Assembly: GCA_951406725.2 (NCBI GenBank)
Contig: OX597828.1
Span: 12,586,001 to 12,650,000, forward strand
Source: Octopus vulgaris
Taxonomy: Eukaryota
DNA: 64,000 nucleotides
Direction of reading: 5' to 3'
Below, piece by piece: positions 1 to 12,419 of the stretch. The notes under the pieces were generated by a model. That model was not told the origin of the DNA, made no database searches, and saw nothing but the letters and a program-made list of their open reading frames with translations. Every line of letters starts with the position of its first letter. Position 1 is the stretch's first letter. Position numbers and translations under genes: made by a program.

Positions 1-410
1 ATAATAACAATTGAATTATATGTAGTAAGTAATAATTAAAATCAAACTAAAGTATAATATAATCGTAACATAACAAAAGTAAAAATAGCAATTGGTATAA
101 AATTGCATCAATGACTTGAACTTGAATAAGTGGTTTCACATGAATGGGAATAAATTAAAAATAAAATTAGCGTGCAGAAATGGAATAGTCCAGATGGATA
201 ATAAAAAATTAAATTAAATTGAACACATGGAGGAAAGCACCTTCGAAAAGTGTCTTGGTGCGACTATGAAAGGTATCTAATCAGAGGCGGAAATTCGCCA
301 CAATAGAAGCAAGGTTCGAGTCAACGGAGCGTACAAGGGAGTACACATATATATACACATATATACATGCACTAGCACTATGACCCGGCAACGACGGGTC
401 TTTAATGCTA

Positions 411-411
<1 letters not shown>
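1..411 (+). mobile_element. Helitron 3' end (non-autonomous; body runs off window start)
   Basis: GC hairpin GACCCG-gcaacga-CGGGTC (382-400), 7 nt, then CTAG (408-411) followed by T; 5' limit not visible. Confidence 0.6.
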
Positions 412-447
<36 letters not shown>

Positions 448-450
<3 letters not shown>

Positions 451-797
451 TTCGTGGCATCTTGGGCAAGTGTCTTCTGCTATAGCCCCGGGCCGACCAC
501 TGCCTTGTGAGTGGATTTGGTAGACGGAAACTGAAAGAAGCCTGTCGTATATATGTATATGTATGTATATATGTATGTGTGTGTGTGTTTGTGTGTCTGT
601 GTTTGTCCCCCTAGCATTGCTTGACAACCGATGCTGGTGTGTTTACGTCCCCGTCACTTAGCGGTTCGGCAAAAGAGACCGATAGAATAAGTACTGGGCT
701 TACAAAGAATAAGTCCCGGGGTCGATTTGCTCGACTAAAGGCGGTGCTCCAGCATGGCCGCAGTCAAATGACTGAAACAAGTAAAAGAGTAAAAGAG
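448..797 (+). mobile_element. tRNA-derived SINE family A (CORE-like), 5'-truncated
   Basis: Matches other A copies: CTTGGGCAAGTGTCTTCT, internal TA/TG tract, tail GACTGAAACAAGTAAAAGAG. Confidence 0.9.
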
Positions 798-807
798 AAA
801 AAAAAGA

Positions 808-961
808 GTATATATACATATACGTATATATATATATACATATACGTATATATACGTATATATATATATATATACATATACGTATATATATATACACACA
901 TATACGTATATATATGCATATATATATATACGTATATGTATATATATATATATATATACGT

Positions 962-995
<34 letters not shown>

Positions 996-1048
996 ATATA
1001 TACATATACGTATATATATATACATATACGTATATATACGTATATACG

Positions 1049-1088
<40 letters not shown>

Positions 1089-1104
1089 CATGTATATGTA
1101 TATA

Positions 1105-1141
<37 letters not shown>

Positions 1142-1345
1142 TTCAATAGATATGTGTAAAATTGTGTACGTATGTATATATGCTGCCTACACATACATAT
1201 GTACATAGGTATATCAATATAGATATATAGACACACACATATATATATACACTCACACATATATATGCACACACACATATATACACACACACATACATAC
1301 ATACATACATACATACATACATACATACATACATACATACATACA
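808..1345. repeat. compound (TA)n/(TACG)/(CATA)n microsatellite
   Basis: direct inspection. Confidence 0.95.
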
Positions 1346-2105
1346 TGGGAAGAGAATGGAAAACCTTAATTCATACACTACAAATGATCACGACATCTGG
1401 GAGTATTAAAATCTGCAACAACTCCATAAGATTTAAAGGAAGATGGTTAAATCAAGACACTTTCCTTCACAACTATGCTACCAAGTAGGTGGCAGTTGAA
1501 AATTTATTCTAAATTAAAAGGAGTAAAGGAACCATCATATTAAAGGAACCATATAGGCAGACAAGCAGACAGATATATGGCCAGTCTCATAAGTTATTAT
1601 GCCGTATCAAATACTGACTGAAACTAAACAACGCAAACGTTAAAATTTTTCTTAAATCAAAATATGAAAATTTGCTTCATTCAAATCAAATTCTCGATAC
1701 GTGATTCTTCTAGCATCAAACAGGGTTGCACTCATTTGGGTGCCAATTGGCAAGAGCTGCGCTATAAATCAGCTGACAAATGTTGCAAAAAATGGCAAAG
1801 TCACAGCTGGAATGCTTTGATAATACGGTTGGCCTGCAACTAAGCACCACAAACACATTGCGCTATACTACAGTACAATGCAATGAGTGAACAAGAAGAC
1901 TTTACGTGACTATTCAACCTTCTACAAATACCAACCCAAGTCTCCAACAAGATGAAGAAAACATTGGAAACTGCAAAATCTTGATTGGCTTATTAGAAGT
2001 GGTTGCAGAAAAGGTTGAATAACTGCATAAGAAGTTATGGTCGGTAATGATTGATATCAGCTTGTATATCATATATATCATTACTATTATTGTCATCACC
2101 GTCAA

Positions 2106-2325
2106 GGCTACAAGCTAACAGAATTGTTAGCGCGTCGGAAAAATTGCTTTGCGACGTTTCTTCCGGCTGCTTACGCTCTGTGATCAAATCTCGCTGAGGT
2201 GAGGCCAAATTTGCGTTTCGTCCTTTCGGAGTTGATAAGAATAAAGTACCAGCCAAGTCCTAGGATCGATATAATCGACGTGAACTCTCCCACAGAACTG
2301 CTAACCTTGCGCCAAAATTTGAAAC
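2106..2325 (+). mobile_element. SINE family B (Meta-domain-like), diverged
   Basis: similar to other B copies (TCCTTTCGGAGTTGATAAGAATAAAGTACCAG), tail ends CCAAAATTTGAAAC. Confidence 0.75.
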
Positions 2326-2374
2326 TACTACAACTATTATTGTTGTTGTTGTTGTTATTTTCATTAGCATCTTC

Positions 2375-3255
2375 TTTTATTTCTGTTTCCATTTCTTGCC
2401 GAGTGTCTTCCTGCCACCCAGGGCAGAGATCCGTACTGTATACATTGGTAGGCTATTAAAATAAACACACCAGATTCTTCATTTACAAAGTCATGTGATA
2501 GAGAAAAAGAGGAAGACAGAGAGAAAAAGGAAAAAACTATAAAAAAGCTAAAATAAAATAAAGTGAGTAGGAGGCAAAAGGAAAGAAAATCAGAGCGACA
2601 ATGCTCTTCTCAATACGTGTGACGTACCAGTTAAGACAATCTTTAACAATTCCTGCATGGATGGTAAGTCAGGGATCATTCTCAAATAATTTTCAGCTCT
2701 TTTCTTAATTCCAAGTGCTCCTACAATCACTGGTATTGTGACCGTCTTGGGATGTCACATCTTTTCGATTTCGATTAGCAAAATATTATATTTTCCGAGC
2801 ATATCAAATTCTTTTGTCAAGAGTATGCTCATGTCAATCAATTAACAGACTTTATTGTTTTGGTCTTTCACAACAATATCTGGTTTATTTGCTTTGATAG
2901 TCCGGTCTGTACATACTGGGAAGTCCCAAAGAATAGTTACATTTTCTCCCTCAGTTACAGCATCAACAGTTTTAATTTTATAATGCCGACACATTATCCA
3001 GTGGAGATATTGGCCAACTCTGTCATGTCTTGATTTGCATTCTACAGGTGCTAAAACCTTACATCCAGAGATTAGGTGGTGCACTGTTTCTATCCCATCG
3101 TTGCAGTATCGTCACTTTGAGTCTACACCATTTTTGATCACATTGGCTTCATAGTTCCGTGTCAATAAGCTCTGATCTTGGGCAACCAAGATAAAGCCTT
3201 CACTCTGTCTTTAACCCTGAGCTCCGTAGCCACTGATGGGTGCGCTTCTGGTCTA
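2375..3255 (-). mobile_element. R4/Dong-clade non-LTR retrotransposon 3' fragment (CCHC knuckle + restriction-like endonuclease), decayed
   Basis: HQWLRSSGLKTE..AQDQSLLTRNY..RYC..ETVHHLISGC..RHDRV..ILWDF..TDRTIKANKPDIVV..IPVIVGALG..HVLRRALSL* with frameshifts; stop at 2590-2592, then 3'UTR and (AAC/AAT)n. Confidence 0.88.
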
Positions 3256-3270
3256 CATCATCATCATCAT

Positions 3271-3672
3271 TTTTTTCAAGATTCACTTGAAAAGGAAGAT
3301 GAGAGTAGAGAGGGAAGCGCTGTCTGATAGCAAGTTTATTGACAGGTGGGTAAATGTCGCAAGAATGGCCAGTATAAATGGACCAATTCTGAGGATACAC
3401 TTGTAGTATAAAAAAAGTATTATAAAAGGAGAAAGGGGCTCTCTACCCCCCTTTTGACCAGGCTCCCGTGGCTTTTATGGGTTTTTCCACGAGTAACCTT
3501 TCGAAGCGCCTCCCCCTGTTGGGAATTTCGATTGTTGTATTTTCGTTGTTATCTCTGGAATTTTTACACGGTTTCTTGCAAACTGACAAAACCCTTTGTA
3601 ACTTTCGTCCTGTGTTTTGTCCCTTTATGTTTTAATTAATTTTTGTCAGCCCTTGTGGCCAATAAACGAATT
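3271..3672 (+). mobile_element. LINE 3' end (probably L1/Tx1-like): ORF2 C-terminus, 3'UTR, polyA signal
   Basis: FFKIHLKRKMRVEREALSDSKFIDRWVNVARMASINGPILRIHL* (3272-3406), T-rich UTR, GCCCTTGTGGCCAATAAA then (ATT)n tail; clade is inferred. Confidence 0.6.
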
Positions 3673-3856
<184 letters not shown>

Positions 3857-3857
3857 A

Positions 3858-4070
3858 AGTCGGCATGCAGGGAGAATCGTCAGCACGTCGGGCAAAATTC
3901 TTAGCTGTATCTCGTCTGTCTTTAAATTCTGAGTTCAAATTCTGTCGAGGTCGACTTTGCCTTTCATGCTTTCAGGGTCGATAAAATAAGTACTAGATGA
4001 GCACTGGGGTCGATGTAATCGACTTGTCCCTTCCTGCCAAAATTTCAGACCTTGTGGCTGAAGTGAAAAG
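3858..4070 (+). mobile_element. SINE family B
   Basis: GAGTTCAAATTCTGTCGAGGTCGACTTTGCCTTTCAT core. Confidence 0.85.
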
Positions 4071-4149
4071 GATTATTGTTGTTGTTACTGTTGTTGCTGC
4101 TGCTGTTATTGTTGTTGTTGTTTTTAAAAAAAAAACATGTTAATCTTTG

Positions 4150-5530
4150 GTTGCTGGGAAGAAAGAACTTTACAAGACAGCAAGCAGCCTCGAACGAAAA
4201 ACAGTTCTAATTGCTAACGTAATCGACTCGTATTACATTGATGTTTCTGCTCTCTAAGCAAAAGCAGGGTTGAGGTAGATTAGAAGTTGGCTGTGAGTAT
4301 CCAGTTTTTGGAGCGGAAAACCACCAGATGGGCCAATTATCCATGATGTCAGATTTGCCATTAACTCGACTTTATTTCGTCAGTTGCCATGCAGCCCTCA
4401 AGCTGTTGATGAGCGTCTTATGAACTTTCGTATACCCATAGGTAATTCCCCATTCGTGCACATTATCAATGCATATCCACCTACTTTATCAGCTTCTGAA
4501 CAAGAACATAACATTTTCTACTCCAAATTATAAACGGTTATCAGTAAAATTATAAATCATGATCAAATTATATTGATGGGCGATTTTAATACCAGAATGA
4601 GTAACAAACACACAGCTTAGCCAAAAGTGAGAGGAAAACTTGAGACAGGAAAGATGAAAGCAAGTGGTTTACAACTGTTGTCTTTTTGTCAACAATTTTG
4701 TTTAACATTTACAAACACAGTATTTCAGCAGGCAGATAAGCTGGCAAAATGCTTAGCAGTATTTCGTCTGCCGTTATACGTTCTGAGTTCAAATTCCGCC
4801 GAGGTCGACTTTGCCTTTCATCCTTTCGGGGTCGATAAATTAAGTACCAGTTACGCACTGGGGGTTAATGTAATCAACTTAATCCGTTTGTCTGTCCTTG
4901 TTTGTCCCCTCTGTGTTTAGCCCCTTGTGTGTAGTAAAGAAATAGGTATTTCGTCTGCCGCTACGTTCTGAGTTCAAATTCCGCCGAGGTCGACTTTGCC
5001 TTTCATCCTTTCGGGGTCGATAAATTAAGTACCAGTTACGCACTGGGGATTGATGTAATCGACTTAATCCCTTTGTCTCTCCTTGTTTGTCCCCTCTGCG
5101 TTTAGCCCCTTGTGGGCAATAAAGAAATAAGATAAGCATAAAAACACCTGGAAGTATCCTCTCTCTGGCAACTGAAACAACGTTTGACTATGTCATAACT
5201 AATAGCGAAGGTTGCAGTGATGTCAGATTAACCAAATCTCACAAAACTTCGAAGTGTTTCTCGGATCACAGAACGGTTCGCAATTAGGTACTTGTTAAAC
5301 CTTATACTAAAAGGCCATGGAGATCCAATATACCTCCGATAATAAATGCGTCATCTTCAAACACATCCTGAAACAACACAAAATTTTGAAGCATATCTAA
5401 ATTCAAAACTTGAGAATATAAAGGGGAAACGGTAATGATCCTGAAGTTATGTGGCGTCATCTTTGTGACAGCATCAAATCATCTGCTGAAGAATTTCTTG
5501 AATTCGTTAAATGCAAGCATCAAAATCACT
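4150..5530 (+). mobile_element. RTE-clade LINE, AP-endonuclease region, decayed; interrupted by SINE B dimer
   Basis: relic motifs ERKT..YIDV.AL, FWSGKP, ERLM.FRIP, IINAYPPT, IILMGDFN.R, NTVFQQADK|HKNTWK..DYVIT. Confidence 0.8.
4741..5130 (+). mobile_element. SINE family B, tandem dimer
   Basis: two B bodies joined at AAGAAATAGGTATTTCG; AGATAAG on both flanks (TSD-like). Confidence 0.92.
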
Positions 5531-6078
5531 TTCGCTCTGCTTACCCTTCTTTCTACCTGTTTCCATCCTACATGAATTTTAATCCATTTCCATTGCCTCA
5601 ATGTGTTACGTTCGTTTTCCTTTCTCTGATGGCAGCCATCTCCTCACATATGTGAAGTTCAACAGGAAGTATGTCCGATCGGAAAACAAATTATTTTAAG
5701 ATGGGTTATGTATAATATGCATTAGCTTTTGTTGCTGTTTAAAATACACGAACACAACTCGATTAGACATGATCGAACAGATTTATGATTAAAGGCATTC
5801 CTGCAATTCCTGGCGTTCCTGGTATGACTATCCTCACTGTGCTCTCGCTTTCTTTTATTTATTTTTTTGTTCAAAACTGTAATGCGTGTGACATGTGAGA
5901 GTTTTGGCGATCATTCCTAATAGTTCAAGAGACCGCATAATAGCTGGAACCTGCGTAAAGAATCTCATAGTATTTATTTTAAAACTGGATTTAAGTTTAA
6001 TGGTGAAGATATATAATATAACGCGATACAGTCGTGACTATCTTATTCTTCATAGTTGGCTCATCAGGAACTAAACTA

Positions 6079-6644
6079 TTGCGTTGTCCGGAAAGTCCGT
6101 GCCGAATTTTAAAGGAAAGTAAAAGGTCAATAAATACTTGCCATTACATTTCTAATCAAACAAATATGAACCATTTTATTGCACAATGAGTCTCTATCTT
6201 TTCTTAAACTTGAAAATACCCTCTTCTCAGAAATGAGGTGATTTCATGGCAAAGAATTCATCAAGGTATCTTTTTTCGTCATCCAAGGAATTGAAATTTT
6301 TACCATTAACACTATTCTGCAGAGACCTGAATAAGTGGAAATCCGAAGGAGCAATATCTGGTGAATATGGAGGTTGGGGTAACACATCCCAGCCGAGCTG
6401 CAGCAACTTTTGTCTGGTTCCCAAAGCATCAAGTGCCGAAAATGAACTTTCTTATCTTCCATTTTAAAGGGTTACAGAATTAACACAGATTATAGGAACA
6501 TAAACCTTCTTCCACGAAAAGATAGCTTAAACTGTGCTCTAAATGGAGGTGTAGTCAAATCCTATTTCATGGACTCAACCATGTTCTAAAATAAGTGGAA
6601 AGGTAAGCTACTATGAATCGGCACGAACTTTCCGGACAACATAA
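6079..6644 (-). mobile_element. non-autonomous mariner (internally deleted), copy 1
   Basis: TIRs TTG.GTTGTCCGGAAAGT.CGTGCCGA, TA TSD; N-terminus MEDKKVHFRHLMLWE fused to C-terminus GWDVLPQPPYSPDIAPSDFHLFRSLQN. Confidence 0.93.
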
Positions 6645-6964
6645 TACATAGCGCAATGCGTTCAACATGTTTAAACGCTGCAGAGTGATTTGAGGCAGAT
6701 TTTAGTCAGAAGCGCTCATCTCTCGTCTCTTTCTCTCTTTCTCCTCACTCTCTCTCCCCTCCCCCTCCGTCTTTCCTAATTAATGTTCTTGCAAATTGCC
6801 GTATGCGTGTATGCCTGAATCAATGAATTTATATTGGTTTTATTATGCACTTTCATATCGATCTATTGATATAACTGTGTATGACTTGATGGAAATTTGG
6901 CTGGCATCTTTATTTTAGAGACTCCATCATGTATCTATGTATATAATTGCGTGTGTCTGTCTGG

Positions 6965-6967
<3 letters not shown>

Positions 6968-7028
<61 letters not shown>

Positions 7029-7265
7029 TTGTATGCGTGTCTGTGTATATATATATACATATATATATATATACACACATACCTACCTATATATATATAT
7101 ATATATATATATACATCTATATATCAGATACACATATATATGCATTTATACATACATATATGTATGTATGTATGTATGTATTATGTATGTATGTATGTAT
7201 GTATGTATGTATGTATGTATGTATGTATGTATGTATGTATGTATGTATGTATGCATGTATGTATG
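6968..7265. repeat. (CT)n, (TA)n, (TATG)n microsatellites
   Basis: direct inspection. Confidence 0.95.
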
Positions 7266-7396
7266 CAACAGTAGGATGTGTATTTGGTGAGATTTTGGCC
7301 ATTGCTTTCAGACTAAAATGCAGTGTAATGGGACCAAATAATACTTTTGATTCGATGAAATGTTATATTTTAATATGCTTGTTTGACTTCCTTTCT

Positions 7397-7427
<31 letters not shown>

Positions 7428-7732
7428 ACTCACTTCCTCTCTATCTTTCTATCTCCCCTCCTCTCTCTTTCTATCCTTCACACGCAGACTATTGACATTA
7501 GATTTTACGATACTTGTGAGTTGACAGATTAAAAGAAATTTAGTGAATTGCACATTGAGTAAGCAATGTCATTTAATTGTTCAAAGAAATTTTTACCTTT
7601 GATAAACTCTGTTTCCCCGTCACGTTATATTAGTATTATGTGTGTATGCATATACAACGTAAGATAACACGATACATGTATACAAATATATACATATATG
7701 TGCGTGTATATATATATGTATGTGTGTATATA

Positions 7733-8175
7733 TGCAATGACCCAGTAGTTAGAGCAGCGGACTCGCGGTTGTAGGATCGCGGTTTCGATTCCCAGATCGG
7801 GCGTCGTGAGTGTTTATTGAGCGAAAACACCTAAAGCTGCACGAGGCTCCAGCAGGGGGTGGTGGCGATCCCTGCTGTACTCTTTTGCCACAACTTTCAC
7901 TGTTTCTTCTGTTGGCCTGCTCGCTTAGCCAGCGGGGTGGCGTCATTTGAAGGCTAAAACAATGCGAGGCGCATTGTGACAAGCGAATAACATAACATTG
8001 TGACATTCGAATAACGTAACAGTGTCGTATTATTTATTTATTTATTGCAGGGTAGTGTTCTATATCCTAGAGAAGGAGAGGCATAATTAATAAAATAATT
8101 ACTATTATTATATGCCATTGTGTAAGTGTAAGTCTTATAGGACTTATAGCCTGGTCAGTCACGGTGATCACGTGA
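7733..8175 (+). mobile_element. SINE family C, tail type 2, carrying an inserted inverted copy of 11106-11240
   Basis: head CCCAGTAGTTAGAGCAGCGGACTCGCGG..GGTTTCGATTCC; tail TTAGCCAGCGGGGTGGCGTCA..GCATTGTGAC, resuming GCCTGGTCAGTCACG at ~8149. Confidence 0.85.
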
Positions 8176-8255
8176 TATATGTATGTATGTATATATATAT
8201 ATATATATATATATAAATATATGTATATATGTACATATATATGTATATGTATATC

Positions 8256-8306
<51 letters not shown>

Positions 8307-8644
8307 TTTTATTATCGTGTAAAATCATGTTTAATACATCCAAGTGTATTTGGATGTGATAAAACTATTTGCTGCAGAAAAAGTCCAGGTCGAAAATTCT
8401 TCTCTTGGATATGTATCTTGTTTTGAGATGGGGTTGATGCAATTAGATCGTAGAACACATGCGTTTCTATATTGTACTGCTTCGACAACAACGAAAACTA
8501 ACTCGATCACTTACAGCTCAGTAGGTATGAAAATTCACTTATGGAAACAGTAGACAAATTGTTGGATGATGTTCGAATGACTTGGTGTATTACTGTTGCA
8601 TGAAGTAGCTTTAAATAAAATATTATCGTGCAAAATCATGTCTA

Positions 8645-9330
8645 GTGGAGGCGCAATGGCCCAGTGGTTAGGGCTGCGGACTTGCGGTCGGAGTATCGCG
8701 GTTTCGATTTCCAGACAGGGCGTTGTGTTTGTTTATTGAGCGAAAACACCTAAAGCTCCAACTTACGCCCCAACTTTCTCTCAATCTTTCTTTCTGTTTC
8801 TTGAGTAACATCATCATCATCATCATTGTTCGACCGTGGTCGAGACAATGGAATTTACTAAGTTACGCCAGACTTCACGGTCCATCATAGCATTACGGAG
8901 GTCCTGTTGCTGGATGCCTGTATCCCTGGAGATTACATCAGGGTAGGAGAGTGTGCGCCCTCTGGTATTGCGAGTAGATGGCTTCCAGAGGAGAAGAGTA
9001 GAAATTACTTCTTTTTCAGCTCTACAACAATGTCCAGCAAACTGGACTCTCCTACCTTTCACAAGAGATGACACAGGTGGTAGTTTCCCATATATTTGCA
9101 TTTTGGTTGGATGGCGCTTCTACGAGAGATTTTGAGCTCTCATAAGGAGGCGAGTGTAGGTTCCATCCAACCGCCTCTCAAGCTTCTTTGATAACGTCCA
9201 GTAATTTAAGTAACACTGCGATGAACTGGCGTCCCGTCCAGCTGGTGGGGGGCACATATGCCATAGAAACCGGTAAACCGGACCCATGAGCCCGGCTGGG
9301 CTTGAAAAGGGCGAAGAAAGAGGAAGAAAT
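8645..9330 (+). mobile_element. SINE family C, tail type 3 (V-domain-like), interrupted by RTE fragment
   Basis: GTGGAGGCGCAATGGCCCAGTGG head; CTGCGATGAACTGGCGTCCCGTCCAG; TSD AAAATCATGTYTA (8632-8644/9331-9343). Confidence 0.9.
8811..9205 (-). mobile_element. RTE-like LINE 3' end, 5'-truncated, (TGA)n tail
   Basis: WTLSKKLERRLDGTYTRLL..QIYGKLPPVS..RRVQFAGHC..LLLWKP..MMDREVWR; TSD TTRAGTAACA (8801-8810/9206-9215). Confidence 0.9.
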
Positions 9331-10879
9331 AAAATCATGTTTAACACAAACAGTTGTAATCTGCTTGATAAAATTTACCACTGCACGGATATTACCCACA
9401 GCCCAAAATAAAATGTGTGTTTGCATACGTCTAAATGGAGAATTTTTTCCTCTCAAGCTATTCTTGCTGTATTAGGTTTTCTAATGGCCGATTTCAATTG
9501 ATAGTGTTAAACATGATCTCCTGAGTTGCAAAGATTTGTCTGATGGATAAGATTGAAACTGTGTTTGTAATCTTTGCAGTGGAAATTGCAGTTAATGAGT
9601 GGAAATCGCTGGAAATCGACAAGCAGCGCGTTGCTATCTTGCTCATAAAATGTACGATATGAGAAATACGGAAAAGAAAAAGTTCCTCGAATACTTCGAG
9701 TTTGTTTTTATTCTTGTCGCTTCGCTTTCTTCATTAAATTTGACAAGTCTGTTTATTGTGTTTCATTATTCGTCCTTATACATGTTTACAGTTTCTGCCA
9801 CCACCAATGGCTTTAGATGAAATATGTACAATAAATAACTACCACTGATATATTATACATTATATATTATAAATTAACATTGACAAAATGATTAGGCAAA
9901 TTTGCTTAGCTGCTTACAAACATTAAATATTGAAATGACTTGGAGAAAGAAACAGAGAAAATCAATTTTGCTCAAAGGAATGATTTATTGCAAGCTTTCA
10001 AGAACTTTTCAATCTAAGTTTGTAGAAATGATATTTTTAAGTTAATTTTCAATAATAACGAATTACCGAATTACCGAATGCCAAATACTAAAATATTTAA
10101 GAAGATTTAAAGAAGTTAAATTGAATATTGTTTTTAAAATACTTTAGTAACCTTCTAAATTTGGAACGGCGAAGCTTCAAGGTTAGGTTTAATGGTAAAC
10201 TTTTAAATCAATTTATTTTAAATCAACTTCCCTTTACCTGTAACAGTGTATGTAAGTAAGAGTTATTAACTATGAGCGTAATTCATACTTGTCCATATAT
10301 ATTTGTGGTTGTCAGCCATTGTAGGCTGACATATAACATGAATGAATATATACACGAATGTGGGTGTGCGTGCATGTGTTTGTAATATTTCTATATAACC
10401 GCACCTACTCACAAGAATACACATATATAAATATATATGTATGTGTGTGTGAATGTAGTTTGTGTGTGTGTCTCTCTCTCTATATATATATATTGATATA
10501 GATATATACATACACACATACATACATACATACAAACAAACATACATGCACACATAAATGAATATATACATACACACACGATAACAAAACATATATGTAC
10601 TCTACAGTGTGCGTTATAAATTAGTTATAGCGAGGTATTTTTCACCAAAAGTGCTCAACAACTCTGATTATTAACACCAGCACAATATTGTAGGGGGAAA
10701 TGCTTCAAGGGTTGCGTTCAGCATACTAAATACAATTACTGTATGGACCAGAGACATACAGTGATGGGGTCGAGGGTTGTGTCATCGTGGGCTCAGGTAC
10801 TGAGAGACGCAAAATGAGCTTTGGCCTATAATTACTTAAATCTATCATGATCCCGAGGTCTCACAAGGTTAGAGATTAA

Positions 10880-11105
10880 ACTGGTTTCCATGGCATATAA
10901 ATGACTGAAATTTACAACACTACTTCCTGGACGGGGCGCCGGTCCGTCACAGGGTTAACTTCCCTGCAATTTCTGGATCTCATTTGCAGCGTAGTGGACT
11001 GGAATAACATGAAATGAAGAGCCTTACTCAAGATTACAACGCACTACCCTGTTCTAGAATCGAAACCATGATTTTACGATCGTAAGTTCAGATCTCTAAG
11101 GTCAC
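10880..11105 (-). mobile_element. SINE family D head with tail type 3, diverged
   Basis: similar to 51146-51383. Confidence 0.6.
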
Positions 11106-11722
11106 ACACTTACACAATGGCATATAATAATAGTGATTAATTAATTAATTTATTAATTATGCCTCTCCTTCTCTAGGATATAGAACACTACCCTGCAATA
11201 AATAAATAAATAATACGGCACTGTTACGTTATTCGAATGTATATTCTATGCTTTTAGCGTATATGTAATGTTTAATTAGTATAATTATGTTTAATTTCTA
11301 TAGAACGTACTTTTACAATTACGCTGTTAATGACGTTGAATGAGTACTATAAGATGGTTCAAGATAATTTTATCTGTAAGTGTTCAATTTCATATATATT
11401 TTTAAGATACAGAGAGTTTTGGTCCATAAATTTGACCTATTTTAAGTAGATTGGATATGCATGAATATATTTGTTTAGGATCGCATTACGAATTAGCCAG
11501 GATGTAAGAAGTAGAGAACCCAACTGTCAGTAAAAAAACAAGAAAGTGCACGTTGTTTGATCGTAGTGCAAAAAACAATGGCGTATGTTGTTCTTGTTTG
11601 TGACGCATTTCCTATAAACAAAATGGCCGACAAGTACATTTTGAAAATCACTTTTTGCTGCCCAAATATCAGTAATAAGCAGTCTTTCAAAACTCAGAGT
11701 GGATCCTCTTTGTTGAAGGACA

Positions 11723-11938
11723 CTTTTACACGTTTCAGTCATTCGACTGCGGTCATGTTAGAGCACCGCCTGAAGTCGAACAAATCGACCCCAGGACTTA
11801 TTCTTTGTAAGCCTAGTACTTATTTTATCGTTTTTTTTTTTTGCCTAACCACTAAGTTTCGGGGATATTAACACACCAACATCGGTTGACAAGTGATGGC
11901 GGGGGTACAAACACAGACACAAATACACACGCGCATAA

Positions 11939-11989
<51 letters not shown>

Positions 11990-12151
11990 ACGGGCTTCTT
12001 TCAGTTTCCGTCTACCAAATTCACTCACAAGGCTTTGGTCGGCCCGAGGCTATAGTAGGAGACACTTGCCCAAGGTGCCACGCAGTGGGGACTGAGCCCG
12101 AAATCATGTGGCTAGGAAGTAATCTTCTTACTATACAGCCACGCCTGCGCC
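11723..12151 (-). mobile_element. SINE family A, full length
   Basis: reverse-complement A body with head GGCGCAGGCGTGGCTG. Confidence 0.92.
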
Positions 12152-12204
<53 letters not shown>

Positions 12205-12205
12205 G

Positions 12206-12237
<32 letters not shown>

Positions 12238-12261
12238 TGTATGTGTGTGTATGTATGTAGG

Positions 12262-12320
12262 CTAAAATAAGTGGAAAGTTAAGCTACTATAAATCGGCAC
12301 GAACTTTCCGGACAACCCAA
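12262..12320 (-). mobile_element. mariner terminal fragment (one TIR)
   Basis: matches the end of copies 1-3: TCGGCACGAACTTTCCGGACAACCCAA+TA. Confidence 0.85.
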
Positions 12321-12419
12321 TACATTAGAAGCTTCATATTTTTGTCAATTGTGAATCATACAAACAATAGTGTGCAAAGAAAATGGCAATAAAACCTTAG
12401 TAAAATTTCTCAGGTTATT

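Larger units (their letters stand above)
8340..10180 (+). mobile_element. highly decayed hAT (GTF2IRD2/Charlie-like) transposase relic
   Basis: weak translated remnants resembling C.LHRQQL and IRA..L.H.Q...YH..VRWL...RFF.L; many stops. Confidence 0.35.

Noticed and set aside
8003-11240. 130-bp inverted repeats as TIRs of a 3.2-kb transposon
   Set aside because: The interrupted SINE resumes immediately after the left copy, so it is a local insertion; no TSD.
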